Part shown: positions 49,011 through 58,324 of the stretch, piece by piece
Layout of the letters: each line of letters opens with the position of its first letter
Position numbering within the stretch: the first letter of the stretch is position 1
NCBI GenBank assembly: GCA_963705785.1
Contig: CAVPKV010000041.1
Location: 53,612 to 117,611 of the forward strand
Direction of reading: 5' to 3'
DNA: 64,000 nt
Source of the DNA: an uncultured Solirubrobacterales bacterium
GTDB lineage: Bacteria > Actinomycetota > Thermoleophilia > Solirubrobacterales > Solirubrobacteraceae
Notes under the pieces: model-generated
Seen by the model: the letters and a program-made list of their open reading frames with translations, nothing else
The model's database searches: none
Told to the model about the DNA's origin: nothing
Made by a program: the position numbers and the translations under genes

Positions 49011-50225
49011 CTACGTGATGCCAGCCGCCTTGCAGGCCGAGGCGTACTTGCCTGCGCAGAGCTGCGATGTCGGGACGAAGTTGTCCTTGACGATCGTGTC
49101 CTTCATGTTGGCCGGCGTGACCCACGTGGGACTCAGCAGGACCGACGGGACCGAGTTCTTGTTGGTCGGGTCGGTCGAGGTGGCGTTGACCAGCGACGAC
49201 GGAGCCGTCTTGCCGGCCCTCAGGTACATGGCCAGCGCGACCGCGGCCTCCGCCTCTTGGTAGACCGGCTTGTAGACGGTCCCGCACTGGTACCCGCTCA
49301 GGACGTTCTGGAGACCCGTGAGGGTCGCGTCCTGGCCGGTCGTGGGGAACGTCTTGGGCTTGATCCCATGGCTCCGGAGGTAGCTGATGATCGGCGCGCC
49401 GGTCTCATCGTTCGGGATCACGGCCGAGTTGATGTTGCTGTGGGCCGTCAGGGCACCCTGGAACTCCGTCAACGCGTCGGTCGGCGTCCAGGTACCCGCC
49501 GTGCGGGCGACCAACTTGTACTTGCCCGACTTGAAGAACGACGCCAGGACCCCGTTGTAGCCCTGCGCGAACAGGGTGGCGTTGTTATCGGTCACCGCGC
49601 CGTGCATGACGACGACGTTCGGGTTCTTGACGTGCCACTGCTGGACGCAGCTCACGAACCCCTGGCCGATCAGCTTGCCTACGTGGACGTTGTCGAAGCT
49701 GACGTAATCGGCCGTCCCGGCAGGCGCGCCCAGCGTGAGCCGGTCGTAGTCGATCACGGTCGCACCGTGAGCCTTGGCATAGCGCTGCACCGTGATGCCG
49801 GTACCCGAGTCCTCCGGGTCGATCAACAGGACGGAGGCGCCGTTGGTGATGTCGCTCTCGGCATCGGTGACGAACGTGGAGTCGCTGCCCTGCGCGTTCT
49901 GGACGATGATGTCCGACGAAGGCAGCCCGGCCGCCGCAGCGGCCTTCTTCAGGTCAGGCGCGTCGAACTCCACGTAGCGCGTGGAACTCGTCGTGTCGGG
50001 AAGTATCGCGGCGACCTTCCCCTTTCCGGCGGCTGCGAGCGCCTTCAGCGCCGACATCGCCGAGAAGTTGTTTGTGAAGGAACTCGCCGAGATGCTGGGG
50101 GTCGCGGCCGAGGTCGAGCCGGTCGTACCCGTCGTCGCGGCCGTCGTCTTCGACGACGAGCCGCAAGCGGTGATCAGCGCGGCCGCCGCAAGTAGCGGCA
50201 CCGAAGTTCGGAGCCAACGAGTCAT
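49011..50225 (-). CDS. Sugar ABC transporter substrate-binding lipoprotein (XylF-like)
   Basis: Lipobox ITAC; LPDTTSSTRY, IDYDRL, YVSFDN, DNNA, TGQDAT, TVYKP; AGAGGAG RBS. Confidence 0.92.
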   Translation of the reverse strand: MTRWLRTSVPLLAAAALITACGSSSKTTAATTGTTGSTSAATPSISASSFTNNFSAMSALKALAAAGKGKVAAILPDTTSSTRYVEFDAPDLKKAAAAAGLPSSDIIVQNAQGSDSTFVTDAESDITNGASVLLIDPEDSGTGITVQRYAKAHGATVIDYDRLTLGAPAGTADYVSFDNVHVGKLIGQGFVSCVQQWHVKNPNVVVMHGAVTDNNATLFAQGYNGVLASFFKSGKYKLVARTAGTWTPTDALTEFQGALTAHSNINSAVIPNDETGAPIISYLRSHGIKPKTFPTTGQDATLTGLQNVLSGYQCGTVYKPVYQEAEAAVALAMYLRAGKTAPSSLVNATSTDPTNKNSVPSVLLSPTWVTPANMKDTIVKDNFVPTSQLCAGKYASACKAAGIT

Positions 50226-50366
50226 CAAATCTCCTCTCTGAAACCTTGTCCTCAGCTCGCCTCCCCCTGATCCGAGGCTGCTGCTCGTTCGCACTGAAAC
50301 CTTCCACACCGAGGCGGTTGTGTCCACCCCTGCTAATGAACTGCAAACGATCGTTCTAGCGGCCCG

Positions 50367-51041
50367 TTACGCGCCTGTGAATCGATACTCGGTCTGCCAG
50401 GCGTCTGTCGGGTCGGTGTGGGCGGTCCAGAAGAGCTCGGCGATGTTGTCTGGATCGAAGGGCGTCCCACGCACGACCGAGCCGGCGATCGTGATGGTTG
50501 CGGCATGGATGCCGTCCTCCTTGACACCGGCGGCGATCAGGGTCGCCGCCGAGCGCAGCGCGGCCTTCCCCATGGAGAGGCTCGCCAGTGCCGGCACCGG
50601 ATGGTCGGCGAAGCCGCCGCTGGTGAAGAGGAACGTGCCGGCGCCGGCGGTCCGCAGGACGGGTGCGGCGACCTGTGCCGCGATGACGGCGCCGAGGACG
50701 TCGACGTCATAGGCGGTCCGGAGCCGTCCGACCGTCGTGTCGAGGATCTCGCCGGGATCCGGCAGGGCAGCGTTATAAACGGCGACGCCGGGGGCGCCTG
50801 GGGCGCGGAAGATCTGCTCGAGCGTCGCGCGGTAGCCGTCCAAATCTGCGATGTCTACGCCCACTGCCTGAATCTCAAGCCCGTCGCTGCGCAGCTCAGG
50901 GGCGAGTCGATCGAGCGTTTCGCCATGGGAGATGAGTGTGCTGCGGAAGCCCTCGCGGCCGAAGCGCCGAACGACGCTCGCGCCGACGCCGGGTCCGGCC
51001 CCGATCAGCAGAAGGTGACGAGGGTCAACAGACTCGGGCAT
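50367..51041 (-). CDS. Short-chain dehydrogenase/reductase (SDR)
   Basis: IGAGPGVGASV, VYNAA, FTSGG, SLSMGKAALR. Confidence 0.88.
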   Translation of the reverse strand: MPESVDPRHLLLIGAGPGVGASVVRRFGREGFRSTLISHGETLDRLAPELRSDGLEIQAVGVDIADLDGYRATLEQIFRAPGAPGVAVYNAALPDPGEILDTTVGRLRTAYDVDVLGAVIAAQVAAPVLRTAGAGTFLFTSGGFADHPVPALASLSMGKAALRSAATLIAAGVKEDGIHAATITIAGSVVRGTPFDPDNIAELFWTAHTDPTDAWQTEYRFTGA

Positions 51042-51181
51042 ATGCCGCCTCCGGGTAGAGCTTCGCCCGGCCGTCAGCTCGGGCCACGTGTCCTTGGGGT
51101 CCAATCACCCGATCGACATTCAAGCGACGTTCAGGTGAGGTGTCATCACCGCATCGCGGTGATTTCGGTCCAACGGACGCG

Positions 51182-51901
51182 CTAGACAGCGGAAAGCCGG
51201 TGGGCCAGCGCGTCGGCCGTGAATGTCTCGGCGTACGGCGAGCCATCGGGCTCGAGCAGCTTCCCCTTGGCGAGCGGGCCGCCGTCGACCGGGTCGAAAC
51301 CGAGTCGGTCGATCAGATGCATCACGTTTCGGACCGCGAGGCGGTCGTCTCCGACCGCGGCGATGGCGATGCGGTCGGGGGCGCCGGGATCGCGCGGGTA
51401 GTCATCGAGCTCGTGGTAGCCGAGCTGATTGAGGCTCTTGACGACCCGGGCGCCCGGGAAGTGTGCTTGGACGACAGCGCTCGAGCCGCCGCGGGCCGTC
51501 GCCAGCTCGGGATCTTCCCCGTCGATGTCGGGCCAGTAGTTCATCGCGTCCACGAGGATTTTGCCGTCGAACAGATCGCTCGGCAGCTCGCGGAACCGGT
51601 GCGCCGGTACGGCCAGAAGGATGAGATCGGAAAAGTCGACGACCGAGTCGACGGTCGAGGCGACGGACCCGGGTGCGAGCACGTCGGCCAGGAGCCCGAT
51701 TCGCTCGGCCGGGCCGGAACTCGCCACGGCCACCTCGTAACCCGCCGCCAGCGCAGCGCGGGCCAGCGCCATCCCGAGCTTCCCTGCGCCGACGATTCCC
51801 ACTCGCTCCGTCGCTGCCGCGCCGGCGGGACCGGCGCCGCCGAGCGGGGCGATCGTCCGCTCGTCCTGGCCGGCCATCACAGCTGGTGACACCGCGCTCA
51901 T
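51182..51901 (-). CDS. NADPH-dependent F420 reductase-like dinucleotide-binding oxidoreductase
   Basis: GIVGAGKLG, LAVP, VDAMNYW, VVKSLN, GFDPVDGGPL. Confidence 0.88.
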   Translation of the reverse strand: MSAVSPAVMAGQDERTIAPLGGAGPAGAAATERVGIVGAGKLGMALARAALAAGYEVAVASSGPAERIGLLADVLAPGSVASTVDSVVDFSDLILLAVPAHRFRELPSDLFDGKILVDAMNYWPDIDGEDPELATARGGSSAVVQAHFPGARVVKSLNQLGYHELDDYPRDPGAPDRIAIAAVGDDRLAVRNVMHLIDRLGFDPVDGGPLAKGKLLEPDGSPYAETFTADALAHRLSAV

Positions 51902-51905
51902 CGCT

Positions 51906-53037
51906 TTACCTCGACGGCGCCGGCGCGTGAGTGGAGCGGACTGGGCTCGCGACGCTCTCGGGTGCCGCAGAGCCGCCCGGGCTGTGGTGTTCGCCCGGGT
52001 CCGCCTTGAGCAGTTCACGCACCCGAGGAAACACTTCCCGTCCGAGCAGTTCGATTGATTGCCTCCGCTGTCGCGCGGGGACCTGGCCGATCGCGTAGTG
52101 GAGGTCGAGCCGGTCGACATCGAGGGCTCGCATCACGGGCGCGATCCGCTGTGCGACCGTCTCGGGGGAGCCGACGAACATCGCACCCTGGGCTGTCTCG
52201 GCGTCAAACTGTGCCCGTGTCGGCGAGCGCCAACCCCGTTCGCGGGAGGCGCGATCGAAGGTCTGGAGCCAGTACGGCCACTGAGTTGCGATCGCCTCCT
52301 CATCAGTGGCGGCGACGTAGCCAAGCGTGTGGAGTCCGACCGGAAGGTCGGTGGGGTGCCCGTATTGGTCCAACGCTCGGCGGTAGAGGTCCACGAGGGC
52401 GGAACCGCTCCGGTCGTCCGCCGATCACCGCGAGCATCAGCGGCAGTCCGTAACGGGCGGCGCGGAGCACCGAGTCGGGGCTGCCTCCGGAGCCGACCCA
52501 GGTCGGTAGGTGGCCGGGTGGGAGCGGTGGGGTCAGCACCACGCCGTCCAGCGGCGGCCGGTACTTGCCCGACCAGGTGATCGGTCCGCCTCGGAGCAGC
52601 TCCACGAACAGCCCAAGCTTCTCTTCAAAGATCTCCTCATAGTCGCGGAGGTCGTACCCGAACAGCGGGAACGACTCGATTGCGGAACCGCGCCCGAGGA
52701 TCAGTTGCGCCCGCCCGCCGGAAACGGCGTCCAGCGTCGCGAAGTTGTGGTACAGCCGGACCGGATCCTGGGTCGAGAGAACGGTGACGGCGGTGCCGAG
52801 CCGGATCCGCTCGGTTCGGGCGGCGATGGCGGCAAGGACCACGTGTGCCGCCGAGTCCATTCCGTCGTCGCGGTAGTGCTCACCGATGTTGAATGAGTCG
52901 ATCCCGACCTGCTCGGCCAGGACACCCTCCTCGACGGCGCCGCGAACCACCTCATCACCGCTGATCGGCTCGCCAGCATCGCCAGCAGTGATCGCCATGA
53001 ACGTGTCAAGCCCGAGTTCGTATTCGCGTTCTTCCAT
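51906..53037 (-). CDS. Luciferase-like (LLM class) flavin-dependent oxidoreductase; frameshift near 52397
   Basis: GLDTF, IGEHY, GTAVTVLSTQDPVR, GRGSAIESFPLFG, MLAVIGG; C-terminal FVGSPETVA in a shifted frame. Confidence 0.9.
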
Positions 53038-53060
53038 CTCTCACAGAGCTCCTCGAGACT

Positions 53061-53104
53061 GATTGTGCACGCAACAATCTATAGAAGATTGGTTGCGCTG
53101 TCAA
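53061..53104 (-). promoter_or_regulatory. Sigma70-type promoter TTGACA-N17-TAGATT overlapped by palindromic operator(s)
   Basis: -35 at 53104-53099, -10 at 53081-53076; GATTGT-N7-ACAATC at 53061-53079. Confidence 0.65.
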
Positions 53105-53114
53105 GGACATGCAC

Positions 53115-53144
53115 TTGACGCGGCTCGCCGCGGTGCAATACGGT
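53115..53144 (+). promoter_or_regulatory. Sigma70-type promoter TTGACG-N18-TACGGT for the collagen-like/GH5 operon
   Basis: Consensus-like hexamers back-to-back with the LLM promoter. Confidence 0.5.
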
Positions 53145-53304
53145 GGCCTTGGGATGAGGTGCGGCGCCGCTGCTGTTTTCCGGTACTGGTCGGCGTGCCG
53201 CCGTGCTGCGGTGCGTGCTGGCGATTGGGGCGCCCGGGGGAAAGGCGCTTGCCGTAGAGCACGATGCCCGCGCATCCCAATCCCTACGTGAACGGAGATC
53301 TCGA

Positions 53305-53925
53305 ATGCGCAAACTCTCACGACTCTCGCCGGCGACGGTCATCGCCACCATCGCGCTGTTCATCGCCGCCGGGGGCGGCGCCTGGGCGGCCGGCGGCGTA
53401 CGGTCCTCCTCGCGCCCCTCGTTGCACAAGGCTTCGGGATCCAGTCGGGGACCACGCGGCCCGCGAGGCCGCCGAGGCCCGAAGGGCCCGCGGGGGCCGC
53501 GGGGGCTGCGGGGGCCACGCGGCGCCCAGGGCCCGGCCGGGCCCTCAAATGGGTTTGCCGTGAAGGTGCCGCAGAGCCAGGCGCTGATCGGCGGCACCGA
53601 TAACCCCGTGGCCCGACTGCAGGTGCCTTCCGGTGGGTCCTACATCGTCACCGCCTCGGTGGAGCTGGGAAATCAGGGTACGAGCGAGAACCCGCTCAGC
53701 TGCACGCTGCTGCAGAACGCCAACCCGCTGAGCTCGGGCTCAGCTGACCTTCCCGGCGAGGCGATCTTCGCCGCGACGGTCACGCTGACCGGCGCTGCCA
53801 CCTCGGACAACGGCGGCAACATCAACCTGACCTGCAACCCGTCCTCGAGCGCCCTCGCCCGCAACGCCGTGATCACCGCCGTCCAGGTGGGCACGCTCCA
53901 GTCGCAGACCGCCACCACGCCGTGA
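53305..53925 (+). CDS. Secreted collagen-like (Gly-X-Y) protein with C-terminal beta domain
   Basis: SPATVIATIALFIAAGGGAWA signal; about 10 GPR-type triplets; GGAG RBS. Confidence 0.8.
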   Translation: MRKLSRLSPATVIATIALFIAAGGGAWAAGGVRSSSRPSLHKASGSSRGPRGPRGRRGPKGPRGPRGLRGPRGAQGPAGPSNGFAVKVPQSQALIGGTDNPVARLQVPSGGSYIVTASVELGNQGTSENPLSCTLLQNANPLSSGSADLPGEAIFAATVTLTGAATSDNGGNINLTCNPSSSALARNAVITAVQVGTLQSQTATTP

Positions 53926-55064
53926 GGGCCCGCGCCCTCATAGGTGCCCTGGCGGCGTGCGTGATCGTTGCGCTGTGCTCGCTCGCGCCCACCGCTGCCG
54001 CGCGACAGGCGAAGATGGTCTCGATCTCCGGCAACCGGCTGATCGGCATCGACGGCAAGCCCCTGCGGCTGATCGGGGTTGACCGCTCCGGGACCGAGTA
54101 CTCGTGCTCGGGCGCCGTCAGTGGAGGCGGGTTCGGCTACGGGATCTTTCAGGGGCCGGCTGATACCGGCTCGGTCAAGGCGCTCGAGTCCTGGCATGTC
54201 AACGCGGTCGCGCTGCCCCTCAACGAAGCCTGCTGGCTGGGTGGCTACGCCGGGCTGAATCCGGCCTATTCGGGCCGGGCCTACCGCCGGGCGATACTGC
54301 ACTACGTGAAGCTACTGAACGGTGTCGGGATTTACGTGGTGCTCCGGCTTTCGGCGGCGGCGCCCGGCGACCACGCCTATGGCGAGGACAACATCAGCTC
54401 CGACGAGATCCCGATGGCCGACGCCGATCATTCGGTTCGGTTCTGGAGCTCCGTGGCCTCTACCTTCCGCTCCTATAAGCAGGTGCTGTTCCAGACCTAC
54501 GACGAGCCGCACGACGTCAGCTGGCAGTGCCTGCGCGACGGGTGCATCGCAAACGACATGCCTGAGGGGCACATGAGGTTCGGGATGTATCAGACCGCCG
54601 GTAACCAGAGCATGGTGGACGCGATCCGCCGTGCCGGTGCCAACCAGCCGATCATCATCTCCGGCCCGAACTTCGCCGGAGACCTGAGCCAGTGGGATAG
54701 GTGGAAGCCCCACGACCCTCGCAACGAGCTGATGGCGGATGTCTCCTCGTTTGACTATTCCGACTACGTGCTCGCCCACGCCAGCGAGCTGCGGCGTTTC
54801 GTCCGGCGCCACCCGGTGATCGTGGGGGGCTTTGGAGACACACATTGTGAGTCCACCTACTCGCAGAAGGTGATGGCCGTGATGGACTCGATTCATCAGT
54901 CCTATCTGGCCTGGACCTGGGATACGGTCCAGGACTACGGCGGGTGCGCGAACGCTCTGCTCGACGACCCTGGGACGCGTAACGGCTTCCCCGCGGGGTA
55001 CTACACCGGGCGCCCGAGCGGGTTCGGTCGCGGCGTGCGGGCGCACTTCCGCCAGGTGCGGTGA
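53922..55064 (+). CDS. Secreted GH5 (cellulase family) fold protein, probably catalytically degenerate
   Basis: GNRLIGIDGKPLRLIGVDRSGTEYSC, PLNEACW, PMADADHS..FW, DEPH, SYLAWTW; nucleophile site reads VGGFG. Confidence 0.85.
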   Translation: MRARALIGALAACVIVALCSLAPTAAARQAKMVSISGNRLIGIDGKPLRLIGVDRSGTEYSCSGAVSGGGFGYGIFQGPADTGSVKALESWHVNAVALPLNEACWLGGYAGLNPAYSGRAYRRAILHYVKLLNGVGIYVVLRLSAAAPGDHAYGEDNISSDEIPMADADHSVRFWSSVASTFRSYKQVLFQTYDEPHDVSWQCLRDGCIANDMPEGHMRFGMYQTAGNQSMVDAIRRAGANQPIIISGPNFAGDLSQWDRWKPHDPRNELMADVSSFDYSDYVLAHASELRRFVRRHPVIVGGFGDTHCESTYSQKVMAVMDSIHQSYLAWTWDTVQDYGGCANALLDDPGTRNGFPAGYYTGRPSGFGRGVRAHFRQVR

Positions 55065-55104
55065 GCGCCGGGCGGCCTTTCGCAGCGCAAGCGGCACAAG
55101 GCGA

Positions 55105-55730
55105 CTACTTCGTCGCCGGCCGGAGCACCAGTCGGCGGGCGATCGCCTCCCAGCCCTCGGCCAAGCGCTCGATCGTCATGCCGCGGGCCCCCAGTTGGTG
55201 GGCCACAATCTCCGCCCCCAGGGGGGCGAGCAGCGCCTCAGCGGTGTACTCGGCATCCAGCTCGGGGTTCGCCTGGCGGATCAGCAGCATCAGGTGAGCG
55301 CGGTAGGAGCCGTATGGGCCGGCGGCCAGGCGACGACCCGGAACCTTCCCGCCCTCGGCCGCGAGCACTACGTCCACGTGGGCGGCGATGTGCTCGAGCA
55401 GCGCGCGGCCGAACGCGATCAGTCGCTCGCCGGCAGGGGCGCCCGGCCCGAGCGGCGCGGGACCGCGGATGAGCCGCTCCTGGAATTCGCGCTCGGATGA
55501 ATCGAGCAGGGCGTGCGCGAGCGACGGCCGGTCGCCAAATCGCCGGAACAGCGTGCCCTTCCCGACTCCGGCCTCGAGCGCGATCGCGTCCATTGAGGTG
55601 CACGCGACCCCGTCGCGGGTGAACAGGCGGCCGCGGCGTCGAGGATCCGCTGGCGGTTGCGCGCGGCGTCCGCGCGCTCGAGCGGAGCGTCTGCATTGGG
55701 GAGCTCAAATGGGTCGATGGTAACTGTCAT
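55105..55730 (-). CDS. TetR-family regulator; frameshift near 55630
   Basis: ERADAARNRQRILDAA, then MDAIALEAGVGKGTLFRRFGD. Confidence 0.88.
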
Positions 55731-55736
55731 GGTGTC

Positions 55737-55794
55737 AAGCGGACCGCAGTCCGCTTCGTGCTACAGTCTAGACCGATAAGCGGACTACGGTCCG
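55737..55794. promoter_or_regulatory. Two TetR operators CGGAC-N4-GTCCG
   Basis: AAGCGGAC-CGCA-GTCCGCTT (55737-55756, perfect inverted repeat) and AAGCGGAC-TACG-GTCCG (55778-55794) flanking a TACAGT -10 box. Confidence 0.8.
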
Positions 55795-55816
55795 AATCTG
55801 ACACATGAGGAGCGAG

Positions 55817-56373
55817 ATGGCTACCAGACACAGAAGACCTCAACGCAACTGAGATCCCCGCCGGCACATGGACCGTTGATCCGGTCCATTCCGTCGCCGG
55901 CTTTTCCGTCCGCCACATGATGGTCGGCACCTTCCGCGGCGAGTTCGGCGAGATCGACGCCACGCTGGCCGACGGCAAGCTCGTCGGCAGGGTCAAGGTC
56001 GCCTCGCTGAAGATCAAGGACGAACGGCTCACCGGCCACCTGCTCTCGCCGGACTTCTTCGACGCCGAGCGGTATCCCGGAGATCGTCTTCGAGTCGTCG
56101 ACGCTGACCGTCGAGGACGGCGTCCTCAGCAGCGAGGGAACGCTCACCGTGAAGGACAAAGCGTGCCGGTGACCGCCACCGGTCGCATCGCCGGCCCGGT
56201 CGTGACGCTCGGCGACGTCGAGAAGATCGGCATCGACCTCGAGACGACGGTCGACCGCGAGGCAGCTCGGCCTGAAGTGGAACGCTCCGCTGCCCAAGGG
56301 CGGCGTCGTGCTCGGCAACGACGTGACGATCACGGTCACGCTCGAGCTGGCGCTCGCCGACGACGAGGACTGA
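55817..56373 (+). CDS. YceI family protein (about 4 frameshifts)
   Basis: IPAGTWTVDPVHSVAGFSVRHMMV, HLLSPDFFDAERYP, GLKWNAPLPKGGVVLGNDVTI pieced across frames; GAGGAG RBS. Confidence 0.85.
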
Positions 56374-56376
56374 CCC

Positions 56377-56955
56377 ATGCGCGTCCTCGGTGTCGTCGGA
56401 TCGCTGCGCCCCGACTCGCACAACCGACGCCTGCTCCGGGCGGCGGCCGATCGAGCTGCCGCCCGGGGTCGAGCTCGTCGTATTCGAGGGGCTCAAGGCG
56501 GTCGAGCCGTTCGACGAGACCGACGAGCACGAGACCGGCGGCGGCATGCCCGGCGCCGACGCGTTCATCGCGGCGATCCGCGATGCCGACGCGGTGCTGT
56601 TCGTCACCCCGGAGTACAACGGCTCGATCCCCGGCGTGCTGAAGAACGCGATCGACTGGGCCTCGCGTCCGACCCCGCGACCTCGCCGCTCGCCGGCAAG
56701 CCGGTCGCTGTGATCGGCGCCAGCACCGGCATGTTCGGCGCCGCCTGGGCCCAGGCGGAGCTCCGCAAGTCGCTCGGGCTGGCGGGCGCCCGCGTGCTCG
56801 ACCACGAACTCGCGGTCCCGACCGCCCACGAGGCCTTCCACGCGGACGGACGGCTGCTGCGCGGCGGGTCCAAGCGGAGACTGCGGGAGATACTCGCCGA
56901 CGTCGTCACCGAGGCGCATCGGGAGTCCGAGCCTCAGGCGAGGAAGGTCGCCTGA
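56377..56955 (+). CDS. NADPH-dependent FMN reductase (ChrR-like; 2 frameshifts)
   Basis: GSLRPDSHNRRL, FVTPEYNGSIPGVLKNAIDWASR, GASTGMFGAAWAQ. Confidence 0.88.
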   Translation: MRVLGVVGSLRPDSHNRRLLRAAADRAAARGRARRIRGAQGGRAVRRDRRARDRRRHARRRRVHRGDPRCRRGAVRHPGVQRLDPRRAEERDRLGLASDPATSPLAGKPVAVIGASTGMFGAAWAQAELRKSLGLAGARVLDHELAVPTAHEAFHADGRLLRGGSKRRLREILADVVTEAHRESEPQARKVA

Positions 56956-56991
56956 GGCGTCGGACACCCAGCCCCGGCCTGGTCGGGGTGT

Positions 56992-57346
56992 TTATGCGGC
57001 GGGGGTGGCGTCCATGAATCCGTGGACGTTTCGGATCTGGCCATCCGCGATGACGATCACGTCAAAGCCGATGTAGGCATCGGGCGCGTCGTCGGGGCCA
57101 GCGTGCCACTGGAAGCGGGCTTGGTCGTGGTGGGCATCGACGGGGCCGCCGAGGGTGAATTTCACACCCGGAAACCGCTCCTGCGTTTGGGCGATGAAAC
57201 CTTCGACCTGGCCGGGCCCGCGAAGATCGACATGCGGGTCGGTGTACGTGCAGTCGCTCGTGTAGAGGGTGTTCAGCAGCTCGCGCCAGGCGGGCGACAT
57301 CGCTCTCGTTGAAGGCGGCGAGGTAGCGCTCGATGATCTCCTGCAT
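56992..57346 (-). CDS. SnoaL-like/NTF2 protein; frameshift near 57295
   Basis: MQEIIERYLAAFNE, YTDP, VDAHHDQARFQW, GFDV; AGGAGG RBS. Confidence 0.8.
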
Positions 57347-57404
57347 TGTGTCCTCCTGGTTCGTGGTTTGACCAGGCGAAGACTCCATCGGCCCGGGCCG
57401 CTTG

Positions 57405-57447
57405 TCGATTACCCCGGACGTAAGCGGCCTACCTGGCAGGTAATCGA
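57405..57447. promoter_or_regulatory. Tandem palindromic operators between the SnoaL gene and the XRE regulator
   Basis: ATTACCCCGGACGTAAG and CCTACCTGGCAGGTAAT, bracketed by the TCGATTACC / GGTAATCGA inverted repeat. Confidence 0.6.
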
Positions 57448-57478
57448 AACCTGCCTGCGCCCGGAGTAGCGTTGTCGT

Positions 57479-58315
57479 GTGGTCGTCACCAGCTCGCCCA
57501 GTCCGGTTGGAGAGCTCCTCCGCACCTGGCGCCAGCGGCGCAGTCTCAGCCAGCTCGAGCTCGCTCTGGAAGCTGACGTATCGGCTCGGCACCTCAGCTT
57601 TTTGGAGACCGGGCGCTCCCGGACCAGTCGAGAGATGGTGATCCGTCTCTCAGACGAGCTCGAAGTGCCGCTGCGTGAGCGCAATGCACTGTTGCTGGCC
57701 GCCGGCTACGCACCGGTTTATGCCGAGCGCCCGCTCGACTCTCCGGAGATGGAGCCTGTGCGGCAGGCCATCGAGCGGTTCCTCCGCGCCCACGAACCCT
57801 ATCCGGCTGTCGTGGTCGACCGCTACCACAACCTTGTCACCGCCAACGACGCGCTCGAACTGCTGCTCGACGGAGTCGCCCCCGAGCTGCTCGCGCCACC
57901 TGCCAACGGCATCCGCATCGCCCTTCATCCCGATGGCATGGCTCCGCGCACTCTCAATTTGCGCGAGTGGAGCGCCCACCTTCTCGATCGGCTCAGACGC
58001 GAAGCCCGGTTCACCGGAGACCCGGAGCTGGCGCGGCTGTACGACGAGCTTGCCGCCTACCCCGGGGTACACATCGCCCCGGAGCACGCGGACGTCCAGC
58101 CGGCCGACATCGTGCTACCGCTGCGCCTGCTGGACACCGACGGTACCAGCGAGCTTGCGTTCTTCAGCACCCTGTCGACGTTCGGAACCGCGGCTGATGT
58201 GACCCTGTCTGAGCTGGCGATAGAGGCGTTCTACCCTGCCAACGCGCGGACCGCCATGCGTCTCCTGCATCAGGTCACATCCCCGCCGTCGGAGGCAGCG
58301 AGCAGGTCCGCGTAA
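57479..58315 (+). CDS. XRE-family HTH regulator with MmyB-like ligand-binding domain
   Basis: GELLRTWRQRRSLSQLELA..VSARHLSFLETGRS, RERNALLLAAGYAP, HEPYPA, FGTAADVTLSELAIEAFYP. Confidence 0.92.
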   Translation: MVVTSSPSPVGELLRTWRQRRSLSQLELALEADVSARHLSFLETGRSRTSREMVIRLSDELEVPLRERNALLLAAGYAPVYAERPLDSPEMEPVRQAIERFLRAHEPYPAVVVDRYHNLVTANDALELLLDGVAPELLAPPANGIRIALHPDGMAPRTLNLREWSAHLLDRLRREARFTGDPELARLYDELAAYPGVHIAPEHADVQPADIVLPLRLLDTDGTSELAFFSTLSTFGTAADVTLSELAIEAFYPANARTAMRLLHQVTSPPSEAASRSA

Positions 58316-58324
58316 TCGGCATCA

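Noticed and set aside
50346-50355. AACGATCGTT palindrome upstream of the sugar ABC operon
   Set aside because: Short, single copy and no adjacent regulator; too weak to call an operator
53447-53545. GGCCCGCG-type short repeats as CRISPR or VNTR
   Set aside because: They encode Gly-Pro-Arg collagen triplets and have no spacers
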